From positions 1-64,000 of the forward strand of contig JBGTGT010000012.1 in the NCBI GenBank assembly GCA_041746575.1: a stretch of 64,000 bases of DNA, given 5' to 3'. Below, piece after piece: positions 39,323-48,989 of this stretch. Position 1 is the first letter of the stretch; every line of letters starts with the position of its first letter. The stretch is from Microcystaceae cyanobacterium. GTDB taxonomy: Bacteria > Cyanobacteriota > Cyanobacteriia > Cyanobacteriales > Microcystaceae. The position numbers were made by a program, and so were the translations under genes. The notes under the pieces were generated by a model that saw only the letters and a program-made list of their open reading frames with translations, was not told the origin of the DNA and ran no database searches.

Positions 39323-42300
39323 TTAAAGTCCTAATAGGTTCTTTTTCGCTACTTCAAATTCTTCTTTGCTTAGTAAGCCCTCTCTATACCCGTCCATCAA
39401 TTCTTTAAGTTCAGACATTCCATTATTTTCAACTTCAAGAATTGGTTCGACTACTTGAGCATCATCTTCAATACTTGGTTCAATGATTGCTTTAGATTTA
39501 GGTAAAGATTGCTGATGATTTTTTGACGTAGGAAGAAATTGACCAGAAGAGGTATGTAAATTAGGAGGTAAAGATTTCGATTTGATTTCTTCATTAATTT
39601 TAGCTATGAAGCGACTAATGATGCCTTCTTTAGCTGTTTCTGTAGCCGTGGCAACTTCTCCCACGACTTTGGCTTTATAAGAAAAATTTACATCCTTTTC
39701 ACTAAAGTTTTTAGCAATAGCAGAAAAATTAAGAATTAAGGGTAAATAGTAAGTTTTCCAACTTGGCGAATTAATTTTTATCTGCGCTACTAGCTTATTA
39801 TAAATATTGTGTATGATGTCTGTTAAATCTTTTCTTGATGCTATTTGCTCTAAAGCCTCTCTCCAATTTAAACTTAATGGGATAATATGCTGTTGATTAA
39901 AAAGAGCATCTTGAAAAGGCAATTCGTATTTTTGTAATTCACTATTATATTTTATTTCTTTGCAAGCTAAACAAGGATAAAATACATATTCGAGTTCTTC
40001 TATTACCTTAGCTTCAATCGGAATAATGTCAGTAAACATTATATTATAATCATTATGAAGAACGGTATTTTGAAGATGAGTTTTATAGTGATTTCTTAGT
40101 TGAGATAAGCCAGTAATAATTCTTAAAGGAAATCCTGCATATTGTTTCAGAATAACAATTTCATCTTCTGCTTGAATAGCGGTAAAAGAATTTTCAGAAA
40201 TTCCTATATCTTCGGTAAGAGTTTGTTTAAATTGTTTAACTTCTGGCTCATTTGTTTGTTTAAAACCAATGAAAAGATTACGTTTTTTGGCATCATCTTT
40301 GAAATGAGCATTAGAAAGATTTAAGTGTAAAAGAGGTTCAGAAGATTGTAAAATCTGTTCTAAGCGTTTAGAACGATCCGCAATAGCATAAGTTTCCATA
40401 AAACGCTTAATCGCAGATTGAACTTGTGTCATTCCCACAGAACCAAATTGACGTTCAACTGTCATATTAGTTTTACTTTTTAATTCTTGTTCATCGATAA
40501 GATTTCTTGTAACTAAACTAAATAAAGATTGTCCTACCCCTATCGCTTCAGTAACTTGATGGCTGACAAAAACCAGTTGTTTTGAAGAACCGTGATCGGG
40601 AATACAATCGTTTATGCTATCTTCAGGGAACATGGCCTCTCCATTCATTTCATCTAGATTAAGCTGCTTGAGTTCTTCTTCTTGTTTTTGATAAGCTATC
40701 TGAAGATTATCCAGTAATTTCTTGAATGTTTGAATTTGATTGAAGCGAAGCGTTAAATGTTGCTGTAATTCCTCAATAATTTTTAGGGATTCTTCATTAA
40801 CAGCCATTTGAAAGTTATGTTCAATGAGTTTAGCAATTTTTGGAGCAGCATGACTCATTACTTCTTGAATTTTACTATATTTTTGCTTTTCAAAGAAAGG
40901 AAGACTATGTTTTTGTTGCAAATCCTCTATTTCTTGTTTTATTTCTAACCAAGCTTGCTCTATCTTGTCGAGATCATACATTTCTTGAAAATCTTGTTTT
41001 CTTTCTTCCATATCTCGTTGCTCTTGGTTAAATTGAGTTCGTAGTGCTTCTAGAAAGTTCAAAGTATTGTCAAGAGAAAAATTAGAATGATTAGGACTGA
41101 GTAATTTTTCTAAAAATAAATCAATGTCTTGTTTAAACTTGCCTAATAAATTAGGTTGAATATTTTGTAAATGAGTCAACCAAATTCCTCTAACTTTTTC
41201 ACCTTCTCCGGGTTTAACTTTATAAAACTCTTTTTGAAACTTTTGTCTTAAATTTTCCTTATATTCCTCAATATCTTTTGAGGTTTTACATTCTAAATCT
41301 TGGCAAGAATTTCGCCATCTGGTTAAAGCTTGTTTAAAAGTTTTATTATTGTCTTGTGCCGTTTCTTGTAATTGGCTTCTAAAATAATCTTTAATTCTTT
41401 TATCGGCTGTCCATTTTAAAACAAATTGGTCTAATAAATCTCTGGCATCTGAACTTTGACCGATTCCCTGTAACCAAAAGTTAATTAATTTTCCTCCCAG
41501 TCGATTTAAAGACATTTGAACAAGACGATCACGGGTAAAATAAATAGCTGAAAGTCCGAAAGTTAGATAACGCTGTGACATTTTAAAAGGATGCAAATCA
41601 TACCCTAAGAGAATATCAGGTTGTATAAAGTTATTTCGATGAGATTTAATAATCCCTGATAACTCACTCGAAAATGCTAAAAAGATTTTATAAGCAATTA
41701 AGTTACACAATTTGCCTTTGTCGCTAATTTTATGATCTCCTAAAGTTTGTTCGGAAACTAAATAGGTAAAATCAAAAGGAGGACGCTGTTCTTTTACATA
41801 AATTTGATTATGTTTACTATAACAGGCTTCAAAAGTTGATTCATCATTCGTATAATAATTTAACTCTTTAAGAGCAGCATAAGTATTAGCATTCATCGTA
41901 GAAGTATTACCATACAATTTAGGAGAAATAACTAAATAAGCAATTACATCAAGATTATTTTTATTTTGATAAAGATGTCTTAAACTATAGGCAACATCTA
42001 AAAAAATTCCACTTCCTGTACCACCACAGAGAGAACCTACCACAAATATGTCTAATCCTTCTTGAATATAAAATCCTTTTTTTAGCATAAACTGTTCATT
42101 TTCATTTCCTCTAGTACGATTCTCAGCTGCTTCTACTGCTTCTTGAAACTGAAGATAATTATGAAAAAAGGCTAATCTTCCTATAGGACGAATCCCTTGT
42201 GCGCCATCTTCAATTGATTTTATTTGCTCTTTGAGTCTTGGATCTAACCAACTTTCAATATGAGAATAAGGACTTTCAAATAAGGTTTTATGATCTAGTT

Positions 42301-42583
42301 CGTGAACTAAATCATTAACGACTTGCGAATTCATTTTAGCAACTACTTTTTCAGATTCTTGAAATAAAATATTTTCTCCATGATAAGTGTTTCCTGTTGG
42401 TAAACCACCATGATTAAATGCTCCTTTATCAGTATCAACTTGAACAAAACTAATAATTGGCATTTCGCTTAATTTCCCATATCGCTCAATAATAAACCGT
42501 CGAATTCGCATTAAAACATCTTGACCTGTTCCTCCTAAACCGATACAGATTGTTCGTTTGATAGCACGAGTTTGTTGAGTCAT
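39323..42583 (-). CDS. Large tubulin/FtsZ-like GTPase (Tubulin_2-type) with coiled-coil middle and C-terminal SHOCT
   Basis: IGLGGTG, VDTD, GAQGIR.IGRLAF, SLCGGTGSG, ANTYAALKEL; C-terminus ELKELMDGYREGLLSKEEFEVAKKNLL. Confidence 0.88.
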   Translation of the reverse strand: MTQQTRAIKRTICIGLGGTGQDVLMRIRRFIIERYGKLSEMPIISFVQVDTDKGAFNHGGLPTGNTYHGENILFQESEKVVAKMNSQVVNDLVHELDHKTLFESPYSHIESWLDPRLKEQIKSIEDGAQGIRPIGRLAFFHNYLQFQEAVEAAENRTRGNENEQFMLKKGFYIQEGLDIFVVGSLCGGTGSGIFLDVAYSLRHLYQNKNNLDVIAYLVISPKLYGNTSTMNANTYAALKELNYYTNDESTFEACYSKHNQIYVKEQRPPFDFTYLVSEQTLGDHKISDKGKLCNLIAYKIFLAFSSELSGIIKSHRNNFIQPDILLGYDLHPFKMSQRYLTFGLSAIYFTRDRLVQMSLNRLGGKLINFWLQGIGQSSDARDLLDQFVLKWTADKRIKDYFRSQLQETAQDNNKTFKQALTRWRNSCQDLECKTSKDIEEYKENLRQKFQKEFYKVKPGEGEKVRGIWLTHLQNIQPNLLGKFKQDIDLFLEKLLSPNHSNFSLDNTLNFLEALRTQFNQEQRDMEERKQDFQEMYDLDKIEQAWLEIKQEIEDLQQKHSLPFFEKQKYSKIQEVMSHAAPKIAKLIEHNFQMAVNEESLKIIEELQQHLTLRFNQIQTFKKLLDNLQIAYQKQEEELKQLNLDEMNGEAMFPEDSINDCIPDHGSSKQLVFVSHQVTEAIGVGQSLFSLVTRNLIDEQELKSKTNMTVERQFGSVGMTQVQSAIKRFMETYAIADRSKRLEQILQSSEPLLHLNLSNAHFKDDAKKRNLFIGFKQTNEPEVKQFKQTLTEDIGISENSFTAIQAEDEIVILKQYAGFPLRIITGLSQLRNHYKTHLQNTVLHNDYNIMFTDIIPIEAKVIEELEYVFYPCLACKEIKYNSELQKYELPFQDALFNQQHIIPLSLNWREALEQIASRKDLTDIIHNIYNKLVAQIKINSPSWKTYYLPLILNFSAIAKNFSEKDVNFSYKAKVVGEVATATETAKEGIISRFIAKINEEIKSKSLPPNLHTSSGQFLPTSKNHQQSLPKSKAIIEPSIEDDAQVVEPILEVENNGMSELKELMDGYREGLLSKEEFEVAKKNLLGL

Positions 42584-42598
42584 GATATTGCTCCAAGG

Positions 42599-43744
42599 TT
42601 AAGATTTAATAATGTGGATAACAAGTTCAAAATTTTGATCTTCTTTTAACTGATTAGGACAATTAATTTTAAATACAGACTGGTTAATCGGTATTTTTTT
42701 AGTGATTTTAGTTCCTTGAGTATAAAGAGGCGCACAATTAGTGGGTTTTAAATAAAGTTGGTTGCCTGTTCGTTCTAAATATCCCCTTGTTTCTTCACCC
42801 GGACAGTCAATAGTTCTCAAACCCTCTCCTCCAATAGCAATCTTTTGAAGATTTTTAAGCTTATATTTTTGCTTATCATCATCCTCATCTAAAACGACTT
42901 TAACCTCTAGTTTCCAAGGCTTTCTTAGACTTAAGCAATATTTGATGACCCATCCTCCTGCTATTATTCCTAAGAAAATAATTAATAAAGGAATCCATAG
43001 CTGTTGCCATAAATATTCATTGATTAAACAGGTTTGTTTACCGCCCGGTGCAGGAGTACAAAATTCTTGAGCGGTAGGGGGAATATCAATTACTGAAAGC
43101 TGATAAGTGTTATTATTATTCGTAATAATTTTTTGCGATCGCTGATTTAAGGGTAATGCCCTAATCCAACTTTCTCGTTCTTTGGTTTCAGCAGAATTCT
43201 TTTGTCGAAAAGGACTATTAGCTGGTGTTTCGGTCCAAATATCTGAAGAAATTCCGGCACTTATTAATAAAGGAGCATCGGTAATCCAAACAGCAGATTG
43301 AAATTTAATCGGTTTATTTTCTACTAACCGGCATTGATTCAGTTGCGCTAATCCTTGATAAACAAATAATTCAGTGCGTTGGATATCTGTATTCTGAATA
43401 TTTGGATTAGATTCAGCAGGAATTACTGCAAGGATCCTATCAATCTCTTCTTTATTTCCTTTAAAAAAAATGGGTTCAGGTAAAGAATGATTTTTAGACG
43501 AAAGAGACTTAATTTCTGAAGCAAAGAGAACCACATAAACCCGATCCTGAGATTGTAAACTATCTTGAACAATCTGGCGTAATCGAGTCCGGCCTTCATC
43601 ATTAAAATTAACACTTCCTGTCAAGTCAATCGCTAGGGTAACATCTCGACCTTTATGTAAACGTGCGACTAAATCAAGTCCCGTTTTTTGCCAAACTTTA
43701 AGGGGTTCACCCAGTGTTACCGATAAACAATTATCAATTTTCAT
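42599..43744 (-). CDS. vWA domain + single TM + C-terminal beta-rich (FHA-like?) domain protein
   Basis: MIDAS-like IDLTGS, NTDI, WITDAP; TM LWIPLLIIFLGIIAGGWVI. Confidence 0.75.
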   Translation of the reverse strand: MKIDNCLSVTLGEPLKVWQKTGLDLVARLHKGRDVTLAIDLTGSVNFNDEGRTRLRQIVQDSLQSQDRVYVVLFASEIKSLSSKNHSLPEPIFFKGNKEEIDRILAVIPAESNPNIQNTDIQRTELFVYQGLAQLNQCRLVENKPIKFQSAVWITDAPLLISAGISSDIWTETPANSPFRQKNSAETKERESWIRALPLNQRSQKIITNNNNTYQLSVIDIPPTAQEFCTPAPGGKQTCLINEYLWQQLWIPLLIIFLGIIAGGWVIKYCLSLRKPWKLEVKVVLDEDDDKQKYKLKNLQKIAIGGEGLRTIDCPGEETRGYLERTGNQLYLKPTNCAPLYTQGTKITKKIPINQSVFKINCPNQLKEDQNFELVIHIIKS

Positions 43745-43771
43745 TTTTTAACATAATACTTTTATGACTAT

Positions 43772-46003
43772 TTAAGCCCAAGGATCAGGAACTTTAAAAG
43801 GATGATGAGGAAAAGATTGAGCTTCCTCTTCTGCAAAATCAATAGTAATTGTTTCTTTACTGGGATCGAGTTCCCGTTTAAGCTTATTCCAATCCCCCGG
43901 ATCGTTCAGTTCTTCATAGAAACCGTCCGGAGAAGCGATTGTTTCACCATAGGCAATGGTTTTTTCAAAGAACTTAACGCCCTCAGAGGATAAAGGCGGC
44001 GAAATAGGAGCAGGAGAAGTTACTTTTAATGGGGACAAGGAAGTCGGTGACGGGGCGATAGGATATATCTCCTGTTTCAATTGGTCAAATTCGCGGGTTA
44101 ATTCTGTTAATAGTTCTTCAATCGCTGTCAATCGGCGGACGAGGTTCGGCTCTCCTCCAGTCGTTGGTTTCTCTAGCGAAGGGGCTACAGCAGTTAAGTC
44201 ATGACCGAAAAGTCGTTCAATTTCATCGAGAGTGGTTTCTCCTGCATAAACAAACGTCAAAGCTTGATCGAGAAGCGATGACATACCTGCTTGAGTGGCT
44301 GAGGTTAACAGTTGTTCTGCCGTTGCCTTCTGACTAATAAGGGCTTTTAAAGAAGGGTCGACGTTAAAAACTTCATAAATTCCAACTTGTCCTTGATAAC
44401 CTTGGCCGTTACAGGTACGACATAAACGACCTTTCACTTGTGCTTGTTCGATGGCCGTTGGATTTAAGACGTTTGCTTTGTATAGGGAAGTCGGAGAAGG
44501 GGAAAGTCCAAATTTAGCCTTTTGTGCCGCATCGGGTTCATGAATTAAGCGGCAAGTGGGACAAAGGCGACGGATGAGGCGTTGATTAATGATACCGCTC
44601 AGGGTGTCTCCTAAGAGCGAAGCTGTCATGCCTAAATCTGCCAAATGCGTCAGGGCATGAGGAATAGATGGTACATCCAAGCTGGTTAAGATATAACGAC
44701 CTCGGGCGGCTGCATCGGTCAAATGATGGGCAATTTCTGCATCTCCCAAACAGTCGACGAAAATGACATCTACATCTTGTCGAAGCAAAGATTGCAACAT
44801 CTTGCCGTAGGTTCGCTCTTTCTGAGGATTAACTTGCACTTGCGTCACGTTTGGCAGGGTGCGTTCAATGGGATCTTCAAGGGATACTAAACTTAACCCT
44901 TGTTCACTTTTTTGAGACAGCAAGGTATAGAGTGTCGTCGTTTTGCCAGAATGGGCGGGGCCGATGATCAACACTAAGCCCGATGATCGTCTAATTAGCC
45001 TTTGAACTGCAGAATCTTCGAGGAAGGGGCGGATTTGGGGGATGGTACGGCAGTCATCGATGATTTTAATGATTGCTTTTTCGCCTCGCTGACTGGGGAG
45101 AATATTGATTAATAAATTCACGGATCTTCCCGCAAAATTACGCTGAATTTGCCCTTTTTGTAAGTGCTGTCGTTGATTAATATCTATTTCTGCCATCAAT
45201 TTGAGTCGAGAGAGGATGGCCGGTGCGACTTGGATCGGCAAGGGATCTAAGGACGGTTGCAACAATCCATCTTGCCGAAAACGAACACTGAGTAAGTTCT
45301 CTTGGGGATCGATGTGAATTTCTGAGGCTTTGCTCGTTAAAGCTTTTTCAAGGATCTTATTGACTAATTTGATAATCGGGGCTTCGGATGCCTGATCCAG
45401 TTGGCTGATATCTTCTTCCTCCATAGCGGCCAGAATAGGGGGCATTTGCTCAAAGATTTCTGTCACGTCTACAATCGTCGGACTGACCATCTCTGTGGCT
45501 TGAGAAGCACGGGGATAAATTTGTGACCAAAGCCGTTGATAATCTTCGAGGGTAATACCAATACGCTGTAATTCGACCCCTTTCTGTTGAAGACGCTGTT
45601 TGAGGGGAGTGAGAAGATGGATTTGACTGGGATCGACCATCGCTATTCTCAAAATGGCGGGCTTTTGGTTGTTTAAACTTAACGGTAATAGTTGATGCAC
45701 TCGGCAAAGTTCTGCCATTTCTAATGATTCGATGATTTTTGCGATTTTTTCGGGATGGATTTCCGTATGGCTTTTAAAATATTCGACGCCGTAGAGAATT
45801 TTCAGGCTAAAGAGATGTTGTTTTTTATGTTGATCGAGAACAGAGGAGGGCAAAGGATGACCCGTAATATTCGGTAAAATTTCCAGCAGGGAACGACCTG
45901 TTTTGCGGGATTCGATCAAGGCCTGTTGCATCTGGGGGATAGTCATATATCCCGATTGAAGCAATTCGTTCGTCAAAGAAGAGTGATCGGATTGGGACGA
46001 CAT
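43772..46003 (-). CDS. Second GspE/PilB-family protein (PilB2-type) with degenerate ATPase motifs
   Basis: Aligns by eye to PilB at 21891; GPAHSGKTT, EDPIE, but RQDVDVIFVDC and LTSLDV; CPTC/CRTC retained. Confidence 0.85.
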   Translation of the reverse strand: MSSQSDHSSLTNELLQSGYMTIPQMQQALIESRKTGRSLLEILPNITGHPLPSSVLDQHKKQHLFSLKILYGVEYFKSHTEIHPEKIAKIIESLEMAELCRVHQLLPLSLNNQKPAILRIAMVDPSQIHLLTPLKQRLQQKGVELQRIGITLEDYQRLWSQIYPRASQATEMVSPTIVDVTEIFEQMPPILAAMEEEDISQLDQASEAPIIKLVNKILEKALTSKASEIHIDPQENLLSVRFRQDGLLQPSLDPLPIQVAPAILSRLKLMAEIDINQRQHLQKGQIQRNFAGRSVNLLINILPSQRGEKAIIKIIDDCRTIPQIRPFLEDSAVQRLIRRSSGLVLIIGPAHSGKTTTLYTLLSQKSEQGLSLVSLEDPIERTLPNVTQVQVNPQKERTYGKMLQSLLRQDVDVIFVDCLGDAEIAHHLTDAAARGRYILTSLDVPSIPHALTHLADLGMTASLLGDTLSGIINQRLIRRLCPTCRLIHEPDAAQKAKFGLSPSPTSLYKANVLNPTAIEQAQVKGRLCRTCNGQGYQGQVGIYEVFNVDPSLKALISQKATAEQLLTSATQAGMSSLLDQALTFVYAGETTLDEIERLFGHDLTAVAPSLEKPTTGGEPNLVRRLTAIEELLTELTREFDQLKQEIYPIAPSPTSLSPLKVTSPAPISPPLSSEGVKFFEKTIAYGETIASPDGFYEELNDPGDWNKLKRELDPSKETITIDFAEEEAQSFPHHPFKVPDPWA

Positions 46004-46138
46004 AGCATAGATGAAGGATGGAGTTGACAGTCAAGCTAACCTAATGATTAGGTTTCCCAAAATAGGAATTAAAAGTAGCAGGTTACAGGAAATTTGATAA
46101 GGTAGAAGTCAGGTTTTTTGAGCGGTGATAAAACGTCC

Positions 46139-46663
46139 ATGTCAGACCCTTGTTTGTCCACTGAAACCAAAATTCGCGATGGAGTAGCCGAAGATTTAGC
46201 TAAAATTGTCGAAATTTACAATGCCAGTATTCCCCAACGCCTTGCAACTGCCGATTTAGAGCCGATTTCCCTCGAAAGTCGCCAGCTTTGGTTTACCAAT
46301 CATCATTGCGATCGTTATCCCCTTTGGGTGATGGCTAAGGGAACAGATGTGATGGGATGGTTAAGTTTACAACGGTTCTATGGTCGTCCTGCTTATCATA
46401 AAACGGCAGAAATTAGCATTTATATTGCCCCCAATTATCAGCATCAAGGGGTTGGTCGTCAATTATTACAACATGCAATTGCAGAAAGCCCGCGTTTGGG
46501 CCTTCATACCTTAATGGGGCTGATTTTTGCCCATAATCAACCCAGTTTGAAGTTATTTAAGGGGCTTGATTTCGAGCAATGGGGTTATCTCCCTGAAATT
46601 GCTGATTTTGATGATATTAAGCGAGATCTAGTGATTATGGGGCGGAAAATTGTCATATTATGA
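46139..46663 (+). CDS. GNAT N-acetyltransferase (phosphinothricin/YncA-like)
   Basis: IVEIYN, RPAYHKTAEISIY, QGVGRQLL, NQPSLKLF. Confidence 0.88.
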   Translation: MSDPCLSTETKIRDGVAEDLAKIVEIYNASIPQRLATADLEPISLESRQLWFTNHHCDRYPLWVMAKGTDVMGWLSLQRFYGRPAYHKTAEISIYIAPNYQHQGVGRQLLQHAIAESPRLGLHTLMGLIFAHNQPSLKLFKGLDFEQWGYLPEIADFDDIKRDLVIMGRKIVIL

Positions 46664-46844
46664 GCTCTAATGATTCATGTAAAAGAAAAGATTGAAATAG
46701 GGAGTATTCCTTTGTAATTTCTTGGGGTGATTGAGTCGGTTAGCCAAACGCTTTATATTTCTTCACAAAGTTACAGCTTAATCCTAATTAAAGAACGGGT
46801 ATCTTAGAAATAATCATTGTTTTTGAGGTTTTTATTAGGGAATT

Positions 46845-47459
46845 ATGCCACTCATAATGATCTTGACCTCTTCCGTTAATCTGATTTCCCAACTTCCGCC
46901 CCTTCCTTCTTCAACGGTTAGCTTATCCTCAGATTATTCTACAAAATCTGAAGAAAACAACCCAGAAAATTCAATAAACCTCGTCTGCTCTCCTACGACC
47001 CTCAAATTTGCGGCTCAAGACGTTCGTCTAGTTATCGAACAACAACGACAGCAAAGTTACTTATTAACCACAAAGTTGAATATTCTTTTTGTAGTAAATG
47101 GGGCATTAATGACGAGTTTAACTATCTCTCGTTTAATTATGCAACCGAGTATTTTTAGTTTTGGGGAAGTAATTGGCTTTTTGATCAATTTTACCCTATT
47201 GATTAATGCTTTTTTGCCGAGACAGGTCGCAGTGAGTCCGAACTTGGAAGATAATAAATTTTTAGAACGGTATCTCTTGCTCGCCCCAGAAGACTATCAA
47301 GTAAAAATGATGGTTAATCATGTCGCAACCTATCAAACCAATAAACAACGAATTGATGATGTTTCCCAATCGTTAAATTATGCCGCCTATGTGACTTGGG
47401 CGATCGCTTTTGTTATTATGTTGCATATAATTGCATCTTATTTTGCCCAGATCCTCTAA
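46845..47459 (+). CDS. Hypothetical 3-TM membrane protein
   Basis: Intact ORF with three hydrophobic segments. Confidence 0.65.
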   Translation: MPLIMILTSSVNLISQLPPLPSSTVSLSSDYSTKSEENNPENSINLVCSPTTLKFAAQDVRLVIEQQRQQSYLLTTKLNILFVVNGALMTSLTISRLIMQPSIFSFGEVIGFLINFTLLINAFLPRQVAVSPNLEDNKFLERYLLLAPEDYQVKMMVNHVATYQTNKQRIDDVSQSLNYAAYVTWAIAFVIMLHIIASYFAQIL

Positions 47460-47477
47460 ATATATAGAGAGTGTCTT

Positions 47478-47774
47478 ATGATGATTTCTTCCTCTACCCC
47501 TTCTAACCCTGATAGGCAGTTAACCCCTCCCTGTCCTGATTCTATTACTCCTCACTACGCTGAAGAGGCAGAAAACGCAGTGACGTCACTACCCGAGGAA
47601 AATAACGAAATAACATTAGAGTTACCCGAACCAGATTCCGATAATATTACTGTTTTGACAGATAAATCGCCGAATAAACCAATTTTGCCTTGGAATCATT
47701 ATGACTCTCCTTGGGAAGATTCAGAAATAAGGGAAGAACCTTCATCAACTAACGAAGAAAAAGAAGAGGAATAA
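47478..47774 (+). CDS. Small acidic, probably disordered hypothetical protein
   Basis: 18 bp after the previous gene; E/P/S-rich with LPWNHYDSPWE motif. Confidence 0.55.
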   Translation: MMISSSTPSNPDRQLTPPCPDSITPHYAEEAENAVTSLPEENNEITLELPEPDSDNITVLTDKSPNKPILPWNHYDSPWEDSEIREEPSSTNEEKEEE

Positions 47775-47831
47775 AAAGGGACGGGACTTAATAGGGAGCA
47801 TTAAGCGCAATCCAGTCATTTCACGATTAAA

Positions 47832-48989
47832 CTATTGTCCTTTGGGAAAAAGGAGTTGGAATTGGGTGCGTAATGTCCAATCTGGCCCATTTTCAGGGGT
47901 TTCTACATTCCAGTAGGCTTGCAATGTGGCATTAATGGGTTGTGCGCCGATTTTAAATAAGCGACCGACTCCTCCCCCAATGGGAACTATCCATTTATTT
48001 CCCGAAGAAGCATTCCAATTAGCTGTAATAATGGGCGCACTGACTAAATACCAGCCATTGGGCAAGTTATAGTTAATAAAAGGTTGTAGCAAAAATTGGC
48101 TAACATCGGGACGATCGCTATCACCAGCCACTGACCAAATATTATTCGCTAATGCACCGACAACCCAAGGTGCCTCGGTTACCACAATAACTGCCGTAGG
48201 GCCAATTCCCCATTTTCCGGTGCCTAAACTTTTATCGGTTGCGGTGGGTAAGAGAAAAACAGAGCCGACTCCCCATGTTATTTTACTTTGGGTTTTCGGA
48301 ACAAAAAATAGTTGCGGATTAATATCTCCTAAACCAAAATGACTATATTGAGTTTGGGTTAAAGCGGGTTGATAAACAATCGGAAAAATGGTTCGACTCA
48401 CTAATAACCAGTCATCACTGAGATCAATAGGAACAACGGGTTGGATGTTGAGAATATTTTGAGTGCGATCCAGTTCCCCAACTCCAAAATTGGTATTATT
48501 TTGAAAAGGAAAACTAATTAAACTAGCGATCGGATTTTGAGCTTTTTCGGCTAAACTTTGCCCCCCAGAAGATTCACCGGTTTCAGGTTCGTTTTTTGGC
48601 TCAGCTTCTTCGGGTTCTTCTAAAATGGGTTGAGTTTCTTCGGGTTCAATTTGAGTCTGAAATTGTAAATCTGAAGCCAGTTGGCTGATATTTTTGGCGT
48701 CGGGAGCAGGAACTGCACTTTTCTGGGTATCCTCAAGAGAAGATGCTGAGGTCAATAATTCTGAATTTAAAGTATCATTTAATTGGGTTTCTGGATCAAG
48801 ATTTGATAAATGTATCTCTCCAAAAGTTGAATTAATTTGATAATTAGATAAAATAAAATTCGGCTTTATTTGCAAACGATCAAGCTCATTTTTACTGATT
48901 TCAATCGTTTGAGTCAATCCTTGTTGAGCTATCCAAGGAGTCAAAATAACTGGAAAAATAATTGCTATTTTCAAAAAAAGTTTCATCAT
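47832..48989 (-). CDS. Probable outer-membrane beta-barrel / transporter-like protein
   Basis: Signal peptide; QNPIASLISFPFQNN, GLGDI, GTGKWGIGP; alternating aromatic strands ending FQLLFP. Confidence 0.7.
   Translation of the reverse strand: MMKLFLKIAIIFPVILTPWIAQQGLTQTIEISKNELDRLQIKPNFILSNYQINSTFGEIHLSNLDPETQLNDTLNSELLTSASSLEDTQKSAVPAPDAKNISQLASDLQFQTQIEPEETQPILEEPEEAEPKNEPETGESSGGQSLAEKAQNPIASLISFPFQNNTNFGVGELDRTQNILNIQPVVPIDLSDDWLLVSRTIFPIVYQPALTQTQYSHFGLGDINPQLFFVPKTQSKITWGVGSVFLLPTATDKSLGTGKWGIGPTAVIVVTEAPWVVGALANNIWSVAGDSDRPDVSQFLLQPFINYNLPNGWYLVSAPIITANWNASSGNKWIVPIGGGVGRLFKIGAQPINATLQAYWNVETPENGPDWTLRTQFQLLFPKGQ

Noticed and set aside
34650..43134. Gap in HIP1 sites as proof of horizontal transfer
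   Set aside because: A similar ~7 kb gap covers core genes (16130-23340) and the count was by eye; suggestive only
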